Below, piece by piece: positions 1 to 12,360 of a stretch of DNA of 22,107 nt. Position 1 is the stretch's first letter. The number at the start of each line of letters is the position of its first letter. The notes beneath the pieces are model-generated. The model was not told where the DNA came from. It was given only the letters and a program-made list of their open reading frames with translations, and made no database searches. Position numbers and translations under genes: made by a program. The stretch covers positions 1 to 22,107 of the forward strand of contig CM082594.2 of NCBI GenBank assembly GCA_040954595.2, read 5' to 3'. The stretch comes from Balanoglossus misakiensis (Eukaryota; Animalia; Hemichordata).

Positions 1-2786
1 AAAGTCGAAAATGGTAATTTTGTCATGGGTGATTCAAATTATACCGCCTTTTCTGGAATTTGCAGCACTTTTTACAAGAGAACGACACTTCATGCTCCAT
101 AATATTTCCGAAAATGAAGAAAAGAGTTAATTTTTTATGATTTTTTAAAAATTTACCATTTTTGTCAAAATATGGCCAAAATGGCTATTTTTTCTTGAAT
201 TCCGTCAATATCTCTGCATTTTTGGAGTGGTCGAAAGTTTTAACATACAATCAACATGTCATATATGATCAGGGCACCAAATTCGAAGAACAAAGGTTTT
301 TTTTATTTTTTTTTCTAAAAATGACATTTTCAAGGAAAATTTGGTAAAACGCAATTTTGTCTGCAGTGAGCCAAATTGGCCGTTTTTTTGTGGAATTTGT
401 ATCGATATATGTATACGAAGAGCATTCTATACTCCATCAGATTTCCGAAAATGTAGAAAACAGGTATTTTTTGTAATTTTCAAAAATTTACCATTTTGAC
501 CGAATTGTGGCTAAAATTGTTATTTTCGTGTTGAATGCCGCCAGTGTCACTGCTTTTAAAAGTCATTAAAACTTTTAACATACAAGCAATTGTTTATATA
601 TGATCAGGTCACCGAATTTGATCAACGTGGTCAATGTACGCCTGTTTCTGATCTAGAGTGCCGGGGCTTCAGCTGAGCCAGGCCGAAGGAAATGTGAGTA
701 GATCAACGTGGTTTCTGTACGCGTGTTTCTGCTCTAGAGTGCCAGGGCTTTAGCCAAGCCATGCCGTAGGAAATCTGACTTGATCAACGTTGCTAACGAA
801 CGCTAGTGTCTGTCATATTGTGACGGAGATTTAGCCGAGCCAGGCCGTAGAAAAATCGACTTGTTCAACGTTACCAGTGTGCAACTGTTTCTGCTCTAGA
901 GTGTCAGGGTTTTAGCCGACTTATGCTGTAGGAAATCTGAGTTGATGAATGGGAATTCAATGTTAAAAAACCTGTGTGGAAAGTGTCTCTACCCTTTTGA
1001 AACTAAGAAAATAATTTATTCTTATTTATTTTGTAAAAATCACAATTTTTCGAAAAAAAGTCGAAAATGGTAATTTTGTCATGGGTGATTCAAATTATAC
1101 CGCCTTTTCTGGAATTTGCAGCACTTTTTACAAGAGAACGACACTTCATGCTCCATAATATTTCCGAAAATGAAGAAAAGAGTTAATTTTTTATGATTTT
1201 TTAAAAATTTACCATTTTTGTCAAAATATGGCCAAAATGGCTATTTTTTCTTGAATTCCGTCAATATCTCTGCATTTTTGGAGTGGTCGAAAGTTTTAAC
1301 ATACAATCAACATGTCATATATGATCAGGGCACCAAATTCGAAGAACAAAGGTTGTTTTTATTTTTTTTTCTAAAAATGACATTTTCAAGGAAAATTTGG
1401 TAAAACGCAATTTTGTCTGCAGTGAGCCAAATTGGCCGTTTTTTTGTGGAATTTGTATCGATATATGTATACGAAGAGCATTCTATACTCCATCAGATTT
1501 CCGAAAATGTAGAAAACAGGTATTTTTTGTAATTTTCAAAAATTTACCATTTTGACCGAATTGTGGCTAAAATTGTTATTTTCGTGTTGAATGCCGCCAG
1601 TGTCACTGCTTTTAAAAGTCATTAAAACTTTTAACATACAAGCAATTGTTTATATATGATCAGGTCACCGAATTTAAAGAATAAAGAATGTTTTCCCTAA
1701 AAATGACCTTTTTGGTGCAAAAACGAATAAAACGCAATTTCGTATTAAATCAGCTCATTCAGAGTGCATTTTTTAAAATCAGCACCATTTTTACATATAA
1801 TGGAAATTTCATACATCATCAGATATCCTAATATGAAAAAATGATTTAGATTTTAGATGATTGTCCAAAAGTAGCTGATATCTAATAAATATAGTATTGA
1901 ACCGTTCTGTTCCCCCCCCCCCTACATTAAATGCGGTACGCCGATGTCAGCTTACCCGTCAGTACTGCAGGCCGTGCCCACAACTAACGTCGGTGTTTGA
2001 AACGCCCTGGTTAAATTCGGGCTTTCTCTATAAATTGACAGGCAATAATGTAGTCCTACCATTACAAATGTCGAGTGTTGACCCGCTGTGACTTTCCCTC
2101 TTCGGTTTGCCCGACTTAGCCAACGTCTTTGTACTAGAGTGTCGGGTGTTTTGCAGAGCCAGGCCGAAGGAAATCCGACTTGATCACCGTTGCTAACGAA
2201 CGCTAGTGTCTGTCATGGTGTGCCGGGGTTTTAGTCGAGCCAGGCCGTAGGAGATCTGACTGGATCATCGTGGTCAATGTACGCGTGTTTCCGCTCTAAA
2301 GTGCCGGGGCTTCAGCTAAACCAGGCCGTAGGAAATCCGACGTAATCACCGTTGATAACTTACGCCAGTCTGTGTCATATAGAGCCGGTGCACCAGCCGA
2401 GTCACGCCGTAGGAATCTAATTTGATCAACGTGGTCAATGTACGCCTGTTTCTGCTCTAGAGTGCCGGGGCTTCAGCTGAGCCAGGCCGTAGGAAACCCG
2501 ACGTGATTACCGTTGTTAACTTACGCCAGTCTGTGTCCTATATATAGTGCCGGGGCATCAGCCGTGCCAGGCCGAAGGAAATGTGAGTAGATCAACGTGG
2601 TCTCTGTACGCGTGTTTCTGCTCTAGAGTGCCAGGGCTTTAGCCAAGCCATGCCGTAGAAAATCTGACTTGATCACCGTTGCTAACGAACGCTAGTGTCT
2701 GTCATAGTGTGCCGGGGTTTTAGTCGAACCAAGCCGTAGGAGATCAGACTTGATCAACGTGGTCTCTGTACGCTAGAGTGCCAGGG
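1..2786 (+). repeat. Composite satellite array, left arm (orientation opposite to the rest of the window); one deleted unit (period 1,056 bp) plus one unit truncated at the inversion
   Basis: 1-619 recurs almost identically at +1056 (same spurious ORF at 162 and 1218). It is the reverse complement of units right of 2831: C11 tract at 1912-1922 versus G tracts elsewhere. Confidence 0.97.
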
Positions 2787-2830
2787 CCTGGTTAAATTCG
2801 GGCTTTCTCTATAAATTGACAGGCAATAAT
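2787..2830 (+). other. 44-bp templated insert at the array inversion breakpoint
   Basis: cctggttaaattcgggctttctctataaattgacaggcaataat is identical to 2006-2049. It is flanked left by a + oriented GC monomer and right by a reverse-oriented AT block (ttgcgttttacc...). Confidence 0.92.
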
Positions 2831-5800
2831 TTGCGTTTTACCAAATTTTCCTTGAAAATGTCATTTTTAGAAGAAAAAAATAAAAAACCTTTGTTCTTCG
2901 AATTTAGTGCCTGATCATATATGACATGTTGATTGTATGTTAAAACTTTCGACCACTCCAAAAATGCTGAGATATTGACGGAATTCAAGAAAAAATAGCC
3001 ATTTTGGCCATATTTTGACAAAAATGGTAAATTTTTAAAAAATCATAAAAAATTAACTCTTTTCTTCATTTTCGGAAATATTATAGAGCATGAAGTGTCG
3101 TTCTCTTGTAAAAAGTGCTGCAAATTCCAGAAAAGGCGGTATAATTTGAATCACCCAAGACAAAATTACCATTTTCGACTTTTTTTCGAAATATTGTTTT
3201 TTTACAAAATAAATAAGAATAAATTCTTTTCTTAGTTCCAAACGGGTAGAGATACTTTCCACACGGATTTCTAACATTGAATTCCCGTTCATCAACTCAG
3301 ATTTCCTACAAGTCGGCTAAAACCCTGACACTCTAGAACAGAAACAGTTGCACACTGGTAACGTTGAACAAGTCGATTTTTCTACGGCCTGGCTCGGCTA
3401 AATCTCCGTCACAATATGACAGACACTAGCGTAGGTTAGCAACGGTGATCAAGTCAGATTTTCTACGGCATGGCTTGGATAAAGCCCCGGCACTCCAGAG
3501 CAGAAACACGCGTACAGAGACCACGTTGATCAAGTCTGATCTCCTACGGCTTGGTTCGACTAAAACCCCGGCACACTATGACAGACACTAGCGTTCGTTA
3601 GCAACGGTGATCAAGTCAGATTTTCTACGGTATGGCTTGGCTAAAGCCCTGGCACTCTAGAGCAGAAACAGGCGTACATTGACCACGTTGATCAAATTAG
3701 ATTCCTACGGCGTGACTCGGCTGGTGCACCGGCTCTATATGACACAGACTGGCGTAAGTTATCAACGGTGATTACGTCGGATTTCCTACGGCCTGGTTTA
3801 GCTGAAGCCCCGGCACTTTAGAGCGGAAACACGCGTACATTGACCACGATGATCCAGTCAGATCTCCTACGGCCTGGCTCGACTAAAACCCCGGCACACC
3901 ATGACAGACACTAGCGTTCGTTAGCAACGGTGATCAAGTCGGATTTCCTTCGGCCTGGCTCTGCAAAACACCCGACACTCTAGTACAAAGACGTTGGCTA
4001 AGTCGGGCAAACCGAAGAGGGAAAGTCACAGCGGGTCAACACTCGACATTTGTTCCGGTAGGACTACATTATTGCCTGTCAATTTATAGAGAAAGCCCGA
4101 ATTTAACCAGGGCGTTTCAAACACCGACGTTAGTTGTGGGCACGGCCTGCAGTACTGACGGGTAAGCTGACATCGGCGTACCGCATTTAATGTAGGGGGG
4201 GGGGGGAACAGAACGGTTCAATACTATATTTATTAGATATCAGCTACTTTTGGACAATCATCTAAAATCTAAATCATTTTTTCATATTTGGATATCTGAT
4301 GATGTATGAAATTTCCATTATATGTAAAAATGGTGATGATTTTAAAAAATGCACTCTGAATGAGCTGATTTAATACAAAATTGCGTTTTATTCGTTTTTG
4401 CACCAAAAAGGTCATTTTTAGGGAAAACATTCTTTATTCTTTAAATTCGGTGACCTGATCATATATAAACAATTGCTTGTATGTTAAAAGTTTTAATGAC
4501 TTTTAAAAGCAGTGACACTGGCGGCATTCAACACGAAAATAACAATTTTAGCCACAATTCGGTCAAAATGGTAAATTTTTGAAAATTACAAAAAATACCT
4601 GTTTTCTACATTTTCGGAAATCTGATGGAGTATAGAATGCTCTTCGTATACATATATCGATACAAATTCCACAAAAAAACGGCCAATTTGGCTCACTGCA
4701 GACAAAATTGCGTTTTACCAAATTTTCCTTGAAAATGTCATTTTTTGGAAAAAAAATAAAAAAAACCTTTGTTCTTCGAATTTGGTGCCCTGATCATATA
4801 TGACATGTTGATTGTATGTTAAAACTTTCGACCACTCCAAAAATGCAGAGATATTGACGGAATTCAAGAAAAAATAGCCATTTTGGCCATATTTTGACAA
4901 AAATGGTAAATTTTTAAAAAATCATAAAAAAATTAACTCTTTTCTTCATTTTCGGAAATATTATGGAGCATGAAGTGTCGTTCTCTTGTAAAAAGTGCTG
5001 CAAATTCCAGAAAAGGCGGTATAATTTGAATCACCCATGACAAAATTACCATTTTCGACTTTTTTTCGAAAAATTGTGATTTTTACAAAATAAATAAGAA
5101 TAAATTCTTTTCTTAGTTTCAAACGGGTAGAGATACTTTCCACACGGGTTTTCTAACATTGAATTCCCGTTCATCAACTCAGATTTCCTACAGCATAAGT
5201 CGGCTAAAACCCTGACACTCTAGAGCAGAAACAGTTGCACACTGGTAACGTTGAACAAGTCGATTTTTCTACGGCCTGGCTCGGCTAAATCTCCGTCACA
5301 ATATGACAGACACTAGCGTACGTTAGCAACGGTGATCAAGTCAGATTTTCTACGGCATGGGTTGGATAAAGCCCCGGCACTCTAGAGCAGAAACACGCGT
5401 ACAGAGACCACGTTGATCAAGTCTGATCTCCTACGGCTTGGCTCGACTAAAACCCCGGCACACTATGACAGACACTAGCGTTCGTTAGCAACGTTGATCA
5501 AGTCAGATTTCCTACGGCATGGCTTGGCTAAAGCCCTGGCACTCTAGAGCAGAAACACGCGTACAGAGACCACGTTGATCTACTCACATTTCCTTCGGCC
5601 TGGCACGGCTGATGCCCCGGCACAATATATAGGACACAAACTGGCGTAAGTTAACAACGGTAATCACGTCGGGTTTCCTACGGCCTGGCTCAGCTGAAGC
5701 CCCGGCACTCTAGAGCAGAAACAGGCGTACATTGACCACGTTGATCAAGTCAGATTTCCTACGGCGTGATTCGGCTGGTGCACCGGCTCTATATGACACA

Positions 5801-8800
5801 GACTGGCGTAAGTTATCAACGGTGATTACGTCGGATTTCCTACGGCCTGGTTTAGCTGAAGCCCCGGCACTTTAGAGCGGAAACACGCGTACATTGACCA
5901 CGATGATCAAGTCAGATCTCCTACGGCCTGGCTCGACTAAAACCCCGGCACACCATGACAGACACTAGCGTTCGTTAGCAACGGTGATCAAGTCGGATTT
6001 CCTTCGGCCTGGCTCTGCAAAAGACCCGACACTCTAGTACAAAGACGTTGGCTAAGTTGGGCAAACCGAAGAGGGAAAGTCGCAGCGGGTCAACACTCGA
6101 CATTTGTTCCGGTAGGACTGCATTATTGCCTGTCGATTTATAGAGAGAGCCCGAATTTAACCAGGGCGTTTCAAACACCGACGTTTGTTGGGGGCACGGC
6201 CTACAGTACTGCCGGGTAAGCTGACATCGGCGTACCGCATATAATGTAAGGGGGGGGGGACAGAACGGTTCAATACTACATTTATTAGATATCAGCTAAT
6301 TTTGGACAATCATCTAAAATCTAAATCATTTTTTCATATTTGGATATCTGATGATGTATGAAATTTCCATTATATGTAAAAATGGTGCTTATTATAAAAC
6401 ATGCACTCTGGCCATATTTTGACAAAAATGGTAAATTTTTGAAAAATCATAAAAAATTAACTCTTTTCTTCATTTTCGGAAATATTATGGAGCATGAAGT
6501 GTCGTTCTCTTGTAAAAAGTGCTGCAAATTCCAGAAAAGGCGGTATAATTTGAATCACCAAAGACAAAATTACCATTTTTCGACTTTTTTTCGAAAAATT
6601 GTCTTTTTTACAAAATAAATAAGAATAAATTCTTTTCTTAGTTTCAAACGGGTAGAGATACTTTCCACACGGGTTTTCTAACATTGAATTCTCGTTCATC
6701 AACTCAGATTTCCTACAGCATAAGTCGGCTAAAACCCTGACACTCTAGAGCAGAAACAGTTGCACACTGGTAACGTTGAACAAGTCGATTTTTCTACGGC
6801 CTGGCTCGGCTAAATCTCCGTCACAATATGACAGACACTAGCGTACGTTAGCAACGGTGATCAAGTCAGATTTTCTACGGCATGGGTTGGATAAAGCCCC
6901 GGCACTCTAGAGCAGAAACACGCGTACAGAGACCACGTTGATCAAGTCTGATCTCCTACGGCTTGGCTCGACTAAAACCCCGGCACACTATGACAGACAT
7001 TAGCGTTCGTTAGCAACGTTGATCAAGTCAGATTTCCAACGGCATGGCTTGGCTAAAGCCCTGGCACTCTAGAGCAGAAACACGCGTACAGAGACCACGT
7101 TGATCTACTCACATTTCCTTCGGCCTGGCACGGCTGATGCCCCGGCACTATATATAGGACACAAACTGGCGTAAGTTAACAACGGTAATCACGTCGGGTT
7201 TCCCACGGCCTGGCTCAGCTGAAGCCCCGGCACTCTAGAGCAGAAACAGGCGTACATTGACCACGTTGATCAAGTAAGATTTCCTACGGCGTGATTCGGC
7301 TGGTGCACCGGCTCTATATGACACAGACTGGCGTAAGTTATCAACGGTGATTACGTCGGATTTCCTACGGCCTGGTTTAGCTGAAGCCCCGGCACTTCAG
7401 AGCGGAAACACGCGTACATTGACCACGATGATCAAGTCAGATCTCCTACGGCCTGGCTCGACTAAAACCCCGGCACACCATGACAGACACTAGCGTTCGT
7501 TAGCAACGGTGATCAAGTCGGATTTCCTTCGGCCTGGCTCTGCAAAAGACCCGACACTCTAGTACAAAGACGTTGGCTAAGTTGGGCAAACCGAAGAGGG
7601 AAAGTCGCAGCGGGTCAACACTCGACATTTGTTCCGGTAGGACTGCATTATTGCCTGTCGATTTATAGAGAGAGCCCGAATTTAACCAGGGCGTTTCAAA
7701 CACCGACGTTTGTTGGGGGCACGGCCTACAGTACTGCCGGGTAAGCTGACATCGGCGTACCGCATATAATGTAAGGGGGGGGGACAGAACGGTTCAATAC
7801 TACATTTATTAGATATCAGCTAATTTTGGACAATCATCTAAAATCTAAATCATTTTTTCATATTTGGATATCTGATGATGTATGAAATTTCCATTATATG
7901 TAAAAATGGTGCTTATTATAAAACATGCACTCTGGCCATATTTTGACAAAAATGGTAAATTTTTGAAAAATCATAAAAAATTAACTCTTTTCTTCATTTT
8001 CGGAAATATTATGGAGCATGAAGTGTCGTTCTCTTGTAAAAAGTGCTGCAAATTCCAGAAAAGGCGGTATAATTTGAATCACCAAAGACAAAATTGCAAT
8101 TTTTCGACTTTTTTTCGAAAAATTGTCTTTTTTACAAAATAAATAAGAATAAATTCTTTTCTTAGTTTCAAACGGGTAGAGATACTTTCCACACGGGTTT
8201 TCTAACATTGAATTCTCGTTCATCAACTCAGATTTCCTACAGCATAAGTCGGCTAAAACCCTGACACTCTAGAGCAGAAACAGTTGCACACTGGTAACGT
8301 TGAACAAGTCGATTTTTCTACGGCCTGGCTCGGCTAAATCTCCGTCACAATATGACAGACACTAGCGTACGTTAGCAACGGTGATCAAGTCAGATTTTCT
8401 ACGGCATGGGTTGGATAAAGCCCCGGCACTCTAGAGCAGAAACACGCGTACAGAGACCACGTTGATCAAGTCTGATCTCCTACGGCTTGGCTCGACTAAA
8501 ACCCCGGCACACTATGACAGACATTAGCGTTCGTTAGCAACGTTGATCAAGTCAGATTTCCAACGGCATGGCTTGGCTAAAGCCCTGGCACTCTAGAGCA
8601 GAAACACGCGTACAGAGACCACGTTGATCTACTCACATTTCCTTCGGCCTGGCACGGCTGATGCCCCGGCACTATATATAGGACACAAACTGGCGTAAGT
8701 TAACAACGGTAATCACGTCGGGTTTCCCACGGCCTGGCTCAGCTGAAGCCCCGGCACTCTAGAGCAGAAACAGGCGTACATTGACCACGTTGATCAAGTA

Positions 8801-11800
8801 AGATTTCCTACGGCGTGATTCGGCTGGTGCACCGGCTCTATATGACACAGACTGGCGTAAGTTATCAACGGTGATTACGTCGGATTTCCTACGGCATGGT
8901 TTAGCTGAAGCCCTGGCACTTTAGAGCGGAAACACGCGTACATTGACCACGATGATCAAGTCAGATCTCCTACGGCTTGGCTCGACTAAAACCCCGGCAC
9001 ACTATGACAGACATTAGCGTTCGTTAGCAACGGTGATCAAGTCTGATTTCCTTCGGCCTGGCTCTGCAAAAGACCCGACACATTAGTACAAAGACGTTGG
9101 CTAAGTCGGGCAAACCGAAGAGGGAAAGTCACAGCGGGTCAACACTCGACATTTGTTCGGGTAGGACTGCATTATTGCCTGTCAATTTATAGAGAAAGCC
9201 CGAATTTAACCAGGGCGTTTCAAACACCGACGTTATTTGGGGGCACGGCCTGCAGTACTGCCGGGTAAGCTGACATCGGCGTACCGCATATAATGTAGGG
9301 GGGGGGGGGGGGACAGAACGGTTCAATACTACATTTATCAGATATCAGCTAATTTTGGACAATCATCTAAAATCTAAATCATTTTTTCATATTTGGATAT
9401 CTGATGATGTATGAAATTTCCAATATATGTAAAAATGGTGCTGATTATAAAAAATGCACTCTGAATGAGCTGATTTAATACAAAATTGCGTTTTATTCGT
9501 TTTTGCACCAAAAAGGTCATTTTTAGGCAAAACATTCTTTATTTTTTTAATTCGGTGGCCTGATCATATATAAGCAATTGCTTGCATGTTAAAAGTTTTT
9601 ATGACTTTTAAAAGCAGTGACACTGGCGGCATTCAACACGAAAATAACAATTTTAACCACAATTTGGTCAAAATGGTAAATTTTTGAAAATTACAAAAAA
9701 TACCTGTTTTCTACATTTTCGGAAATCTGATGGAGTATAGAATGCTCTTCGTATATATATATCGATACAAATTCCACAAAAGACCGTCTAATTTGGCTCA
9801 CTGCAGACAAAATTGCGTTTTACCAAATTTTTCTTGAAAATGTCATTTTTAGAAAAATAAAATAAAAAAACCTTCGTTCTTCGAATTTGGTGCCCTGATC
9901 ATATATGACATGTTGATTGTATGTTAAAACTTTCGACCACTCCAAAAATGCAGAGATATTGACGGAATTCAAGAAAAAATAGCCATTTTGGCCATATTTT
10001 GACAAAATGGTACATTTTTAAAAAATCATAAAAAATAAACTCTTTTCTTCATTTTCGGAAATATTATGGAGCATGAAGTGTCGTTCTCTTGTAAAAAGTG
10101 CTGCAAATTCCAGAAAATGTGGTATAATTTGAATCACCCAAGACAAAATTGCAATTTTTCGACTTTTTTTCGAAAAATTGTCTTTTTTACAAAATAAATA
10201 AGAATACATTCTTTTCTTAGTTTCAAACGGGTAGAGATACTTTCCACACGGGTTTTCTAACATTGAATTCCCGTCATCAACTCAGATTTCCTACAGCATA
10301 AGTCGGCTAAAACCCTGACACTCTAGAGCAGAAACAGTTGCACACTGGTAACGTTGAACAAGTCGATTTTTCCACGGCCTGGCTCGGCTAAATCTCCGTC
10401 ACAATATGACAGACACTAGCGTACGTTAGCAACGGTGATCAAGTCAGATTTTCTACGGCATGGGTTGGATAAAGCCCCGGCACTCTAGAGCAGAAACACG
10501 CGTACAGAGACCACGTTGATCAAGTCTGATCTCCTACGGCTTGGCTCGACTAAAACCCCGGCACACTATGACAGACATTAGCGTTCGTTAGCAACGTTGA
10601 TCAAGTCAGATTTCCTACGGCATGGCTTGGCTAAAGCCCTGGCACTCTAGAGCAGAAACACGCGTACAGAGACCACGTTGATCTACTCACATTTCCTTCG
10701 GCCTGGCACGGCTGATGCCCCGGCACTATATATAGGACACAAACTGGCGTAAGTTAACAACGGTAATCACGTCGGGTTTCCCACGGCCTGGCTCAGCTGA
10801 AGCCCCGGCACTCTAGAGCAGAAACAGGCGTACATTGACCACGTTCATCAAGTAAGATTTCCTACGGCGTGATTCGGCTGGTGCACCGGCTCTATATGAC
10901 ACAGACTGGCGTAAGTTATCAACGGTGATTACGTCGGATTTCCTACGGCATGGTTTAGCTGAAGCCCCGGCACTTTAGAGCGGAAACACGCGTACATTGA
11001 CCACGATGATCAAGTCAGATCTCCTACGGCCTGGCTCGACTAAAACCCCGGCACACCATGACAGACACTAGCGTTCGTTAGCAACGGTGATCAAGTCTGA
11101 TTTCCTTCGGCCTGGCTCTGCAAAAGACCCGACACATTAGTACAAAGACGTTGGCTAAGTCGGGCAAACCGAAGAGGGAAAGTCACAGCGGGTCAACACT
11201 CGACATTTGTTCGGGTAGGACTGCATTATTGCCTGTCAATTTATAGAGAAAGCCCGAATTTAACCAGGGCGTTTCAAACACCGACGTTATTTGGGGGCAC
11301 GGCCTGCAGTACTGCCGGGTAAGCTGACATCGGCGTACCGCATATAATGTAGGGGGGGGGGGGACAGAACGGTTCAATACTACATTTATTAGATATCAGC
11401 TAATTTTGGACAATCATCTAAAATCTAAATCATTTTTTCATATTTGGATATCTGATGATGTATGAAATTTCCAATATATGTAAAAATGGTGCTGATTATA
11501 AAAAATGCACTCTGAATGAGCTGATTTAATACAAAATTGCGTTTTATTCGTTTTTGCACCAAAAAGGTCATTTTTAGGCAAAACATTCTTTATTTTTTTA
11601 ATTCGGTGACCTGATCATATATAAGCAATTGCTTGCATGTTAAAAGTTTTTATGACTTTTAAAAGCAGTGACACTGGCGGCATTCAACACGAAAATAACA
11701 ATTTTAACCACAATTTGGTCAAAATGGTAAATTTTTGAAAATTACAAAAAATACCTGTTTTCTACATTTTCGGAAATCTGATGGAGTATAGAATGCTCTT

Positions 11801-11916
11801 CGTATATATATATCGATACAAATTCCACAAAAGACCGTCTAATTTGGCTCACTGCAGACAAAATTGCGTTTTACCAAATTTTTCTTGAAAATGTCATTTT
11901 TAGAAAAATAAAATAA
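2831..11916 (-). repeat. Composite satellite array, middle section (~5 units)
   Basis: GC-block starts (tcaactcagatttcc) at 3292, 5174, 6699, 8223 and 10277, giving periods 1882, 1525, 1524 and 2054. Poly-G at 4195, 6250, 7775, 9298 and 11352. Confidence 0.97.
9298..9312 (+). repeat. Poly-G tract, one per unit, G9-G15 (longest copy shown)
   Basis: C11 at 1912; G12 at 4195, G10 at 6250, G9 at 7775, G15 at 9298, G12 at 11352, G11 at 16486, G12 at 18535 and G14 at 20587. Confidence 0.95.
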
Positions 11917-11981
11917 AATTAAAGCTGCAAGCAGCGTTGGCGGGGCACAAGCGGTTCCCATGGTAAGCAGCAAATGCCAAG

Positions 11982-12360
11982 GCTGTATCTGCTGTGGATA
12001 CCAAGATATTGGAAAGTAGGTCAAAGGTCACCTGAGGTCACCCCAAATTTGGGCAAAAAAATCGGACCCCATACTAGTCTAGGTCCAACAAAAACCAGAC
12101 CCCTAGCTCTATTGGTTCGCCTAGAATTAGGTATGCGCATAATTAATGAGGTATTGTGTAAGACTCCATATGTGCTCCATCGGCCCCCCAAAAGCCAGGC
12201 CTCTAACTGCTGTGGATGCTGAGATATGGGAAAGTAGATCAAAGGTCATCCAAGGTCACCCAAAATTTGGGCATAAAATTTTGACCCCAGAGTCGGCCAT
12301 GTCCAACTAAAAAACAGACCTCTAGCCCTATCGGTTAGCCTGGAATTAGATATGCAGAAA
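11982..12360. repeat. ~220-bp degenerate internal repeat of the outer element (homologues at ~13280-13660 in the inner element, period ~236)
   Basis: ctgctgtggat...gatat.ggaaagtag.tcaaaggtca....aggtcaccc.aaatttgggca...gtccaac..aaa..agacc.ctagc repeated at ~11990 and ~12207. Confidence 0.8.

Noticed and set aside
1870-1900. Canonical Helitron ends (5' TC, 3' hairpin plus CTRR) at the unit junction
   Set aside because: ctga-ta-tctaata fits only loosely and has no GC-rich hairpin upstream; not supportable.
5174-6040. CRISPR-like regular periodicity with palindromic motifs
   Set aside because: Whole monomers are homologous with no unique spacers, the block is repeated verbatim in every unit, there are no cas genes, and the context is eukaryotic satellite.
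9262-9360. Spliced-leader RNA-like arrangement (gg|gtaag donor followed by Sm-like aattttgg)
   Set aside because: No recognisable leader sequence, a variable poly-G lies between the motifs, the Sm-like site is mutated in the copies at ~1866 and ~4246 (acttttgg), and both motifs are short enough to be chance.
11911-11920. Target-site duplication flanking the insertion
   Set aside because: The extra A's are explained by the element's own ends (aattaaagctgc shared by both elements; hairpin ending cccta). The empty site is restored without duplication, though a 1-3-bp A duplication cannot be strictly excluded.
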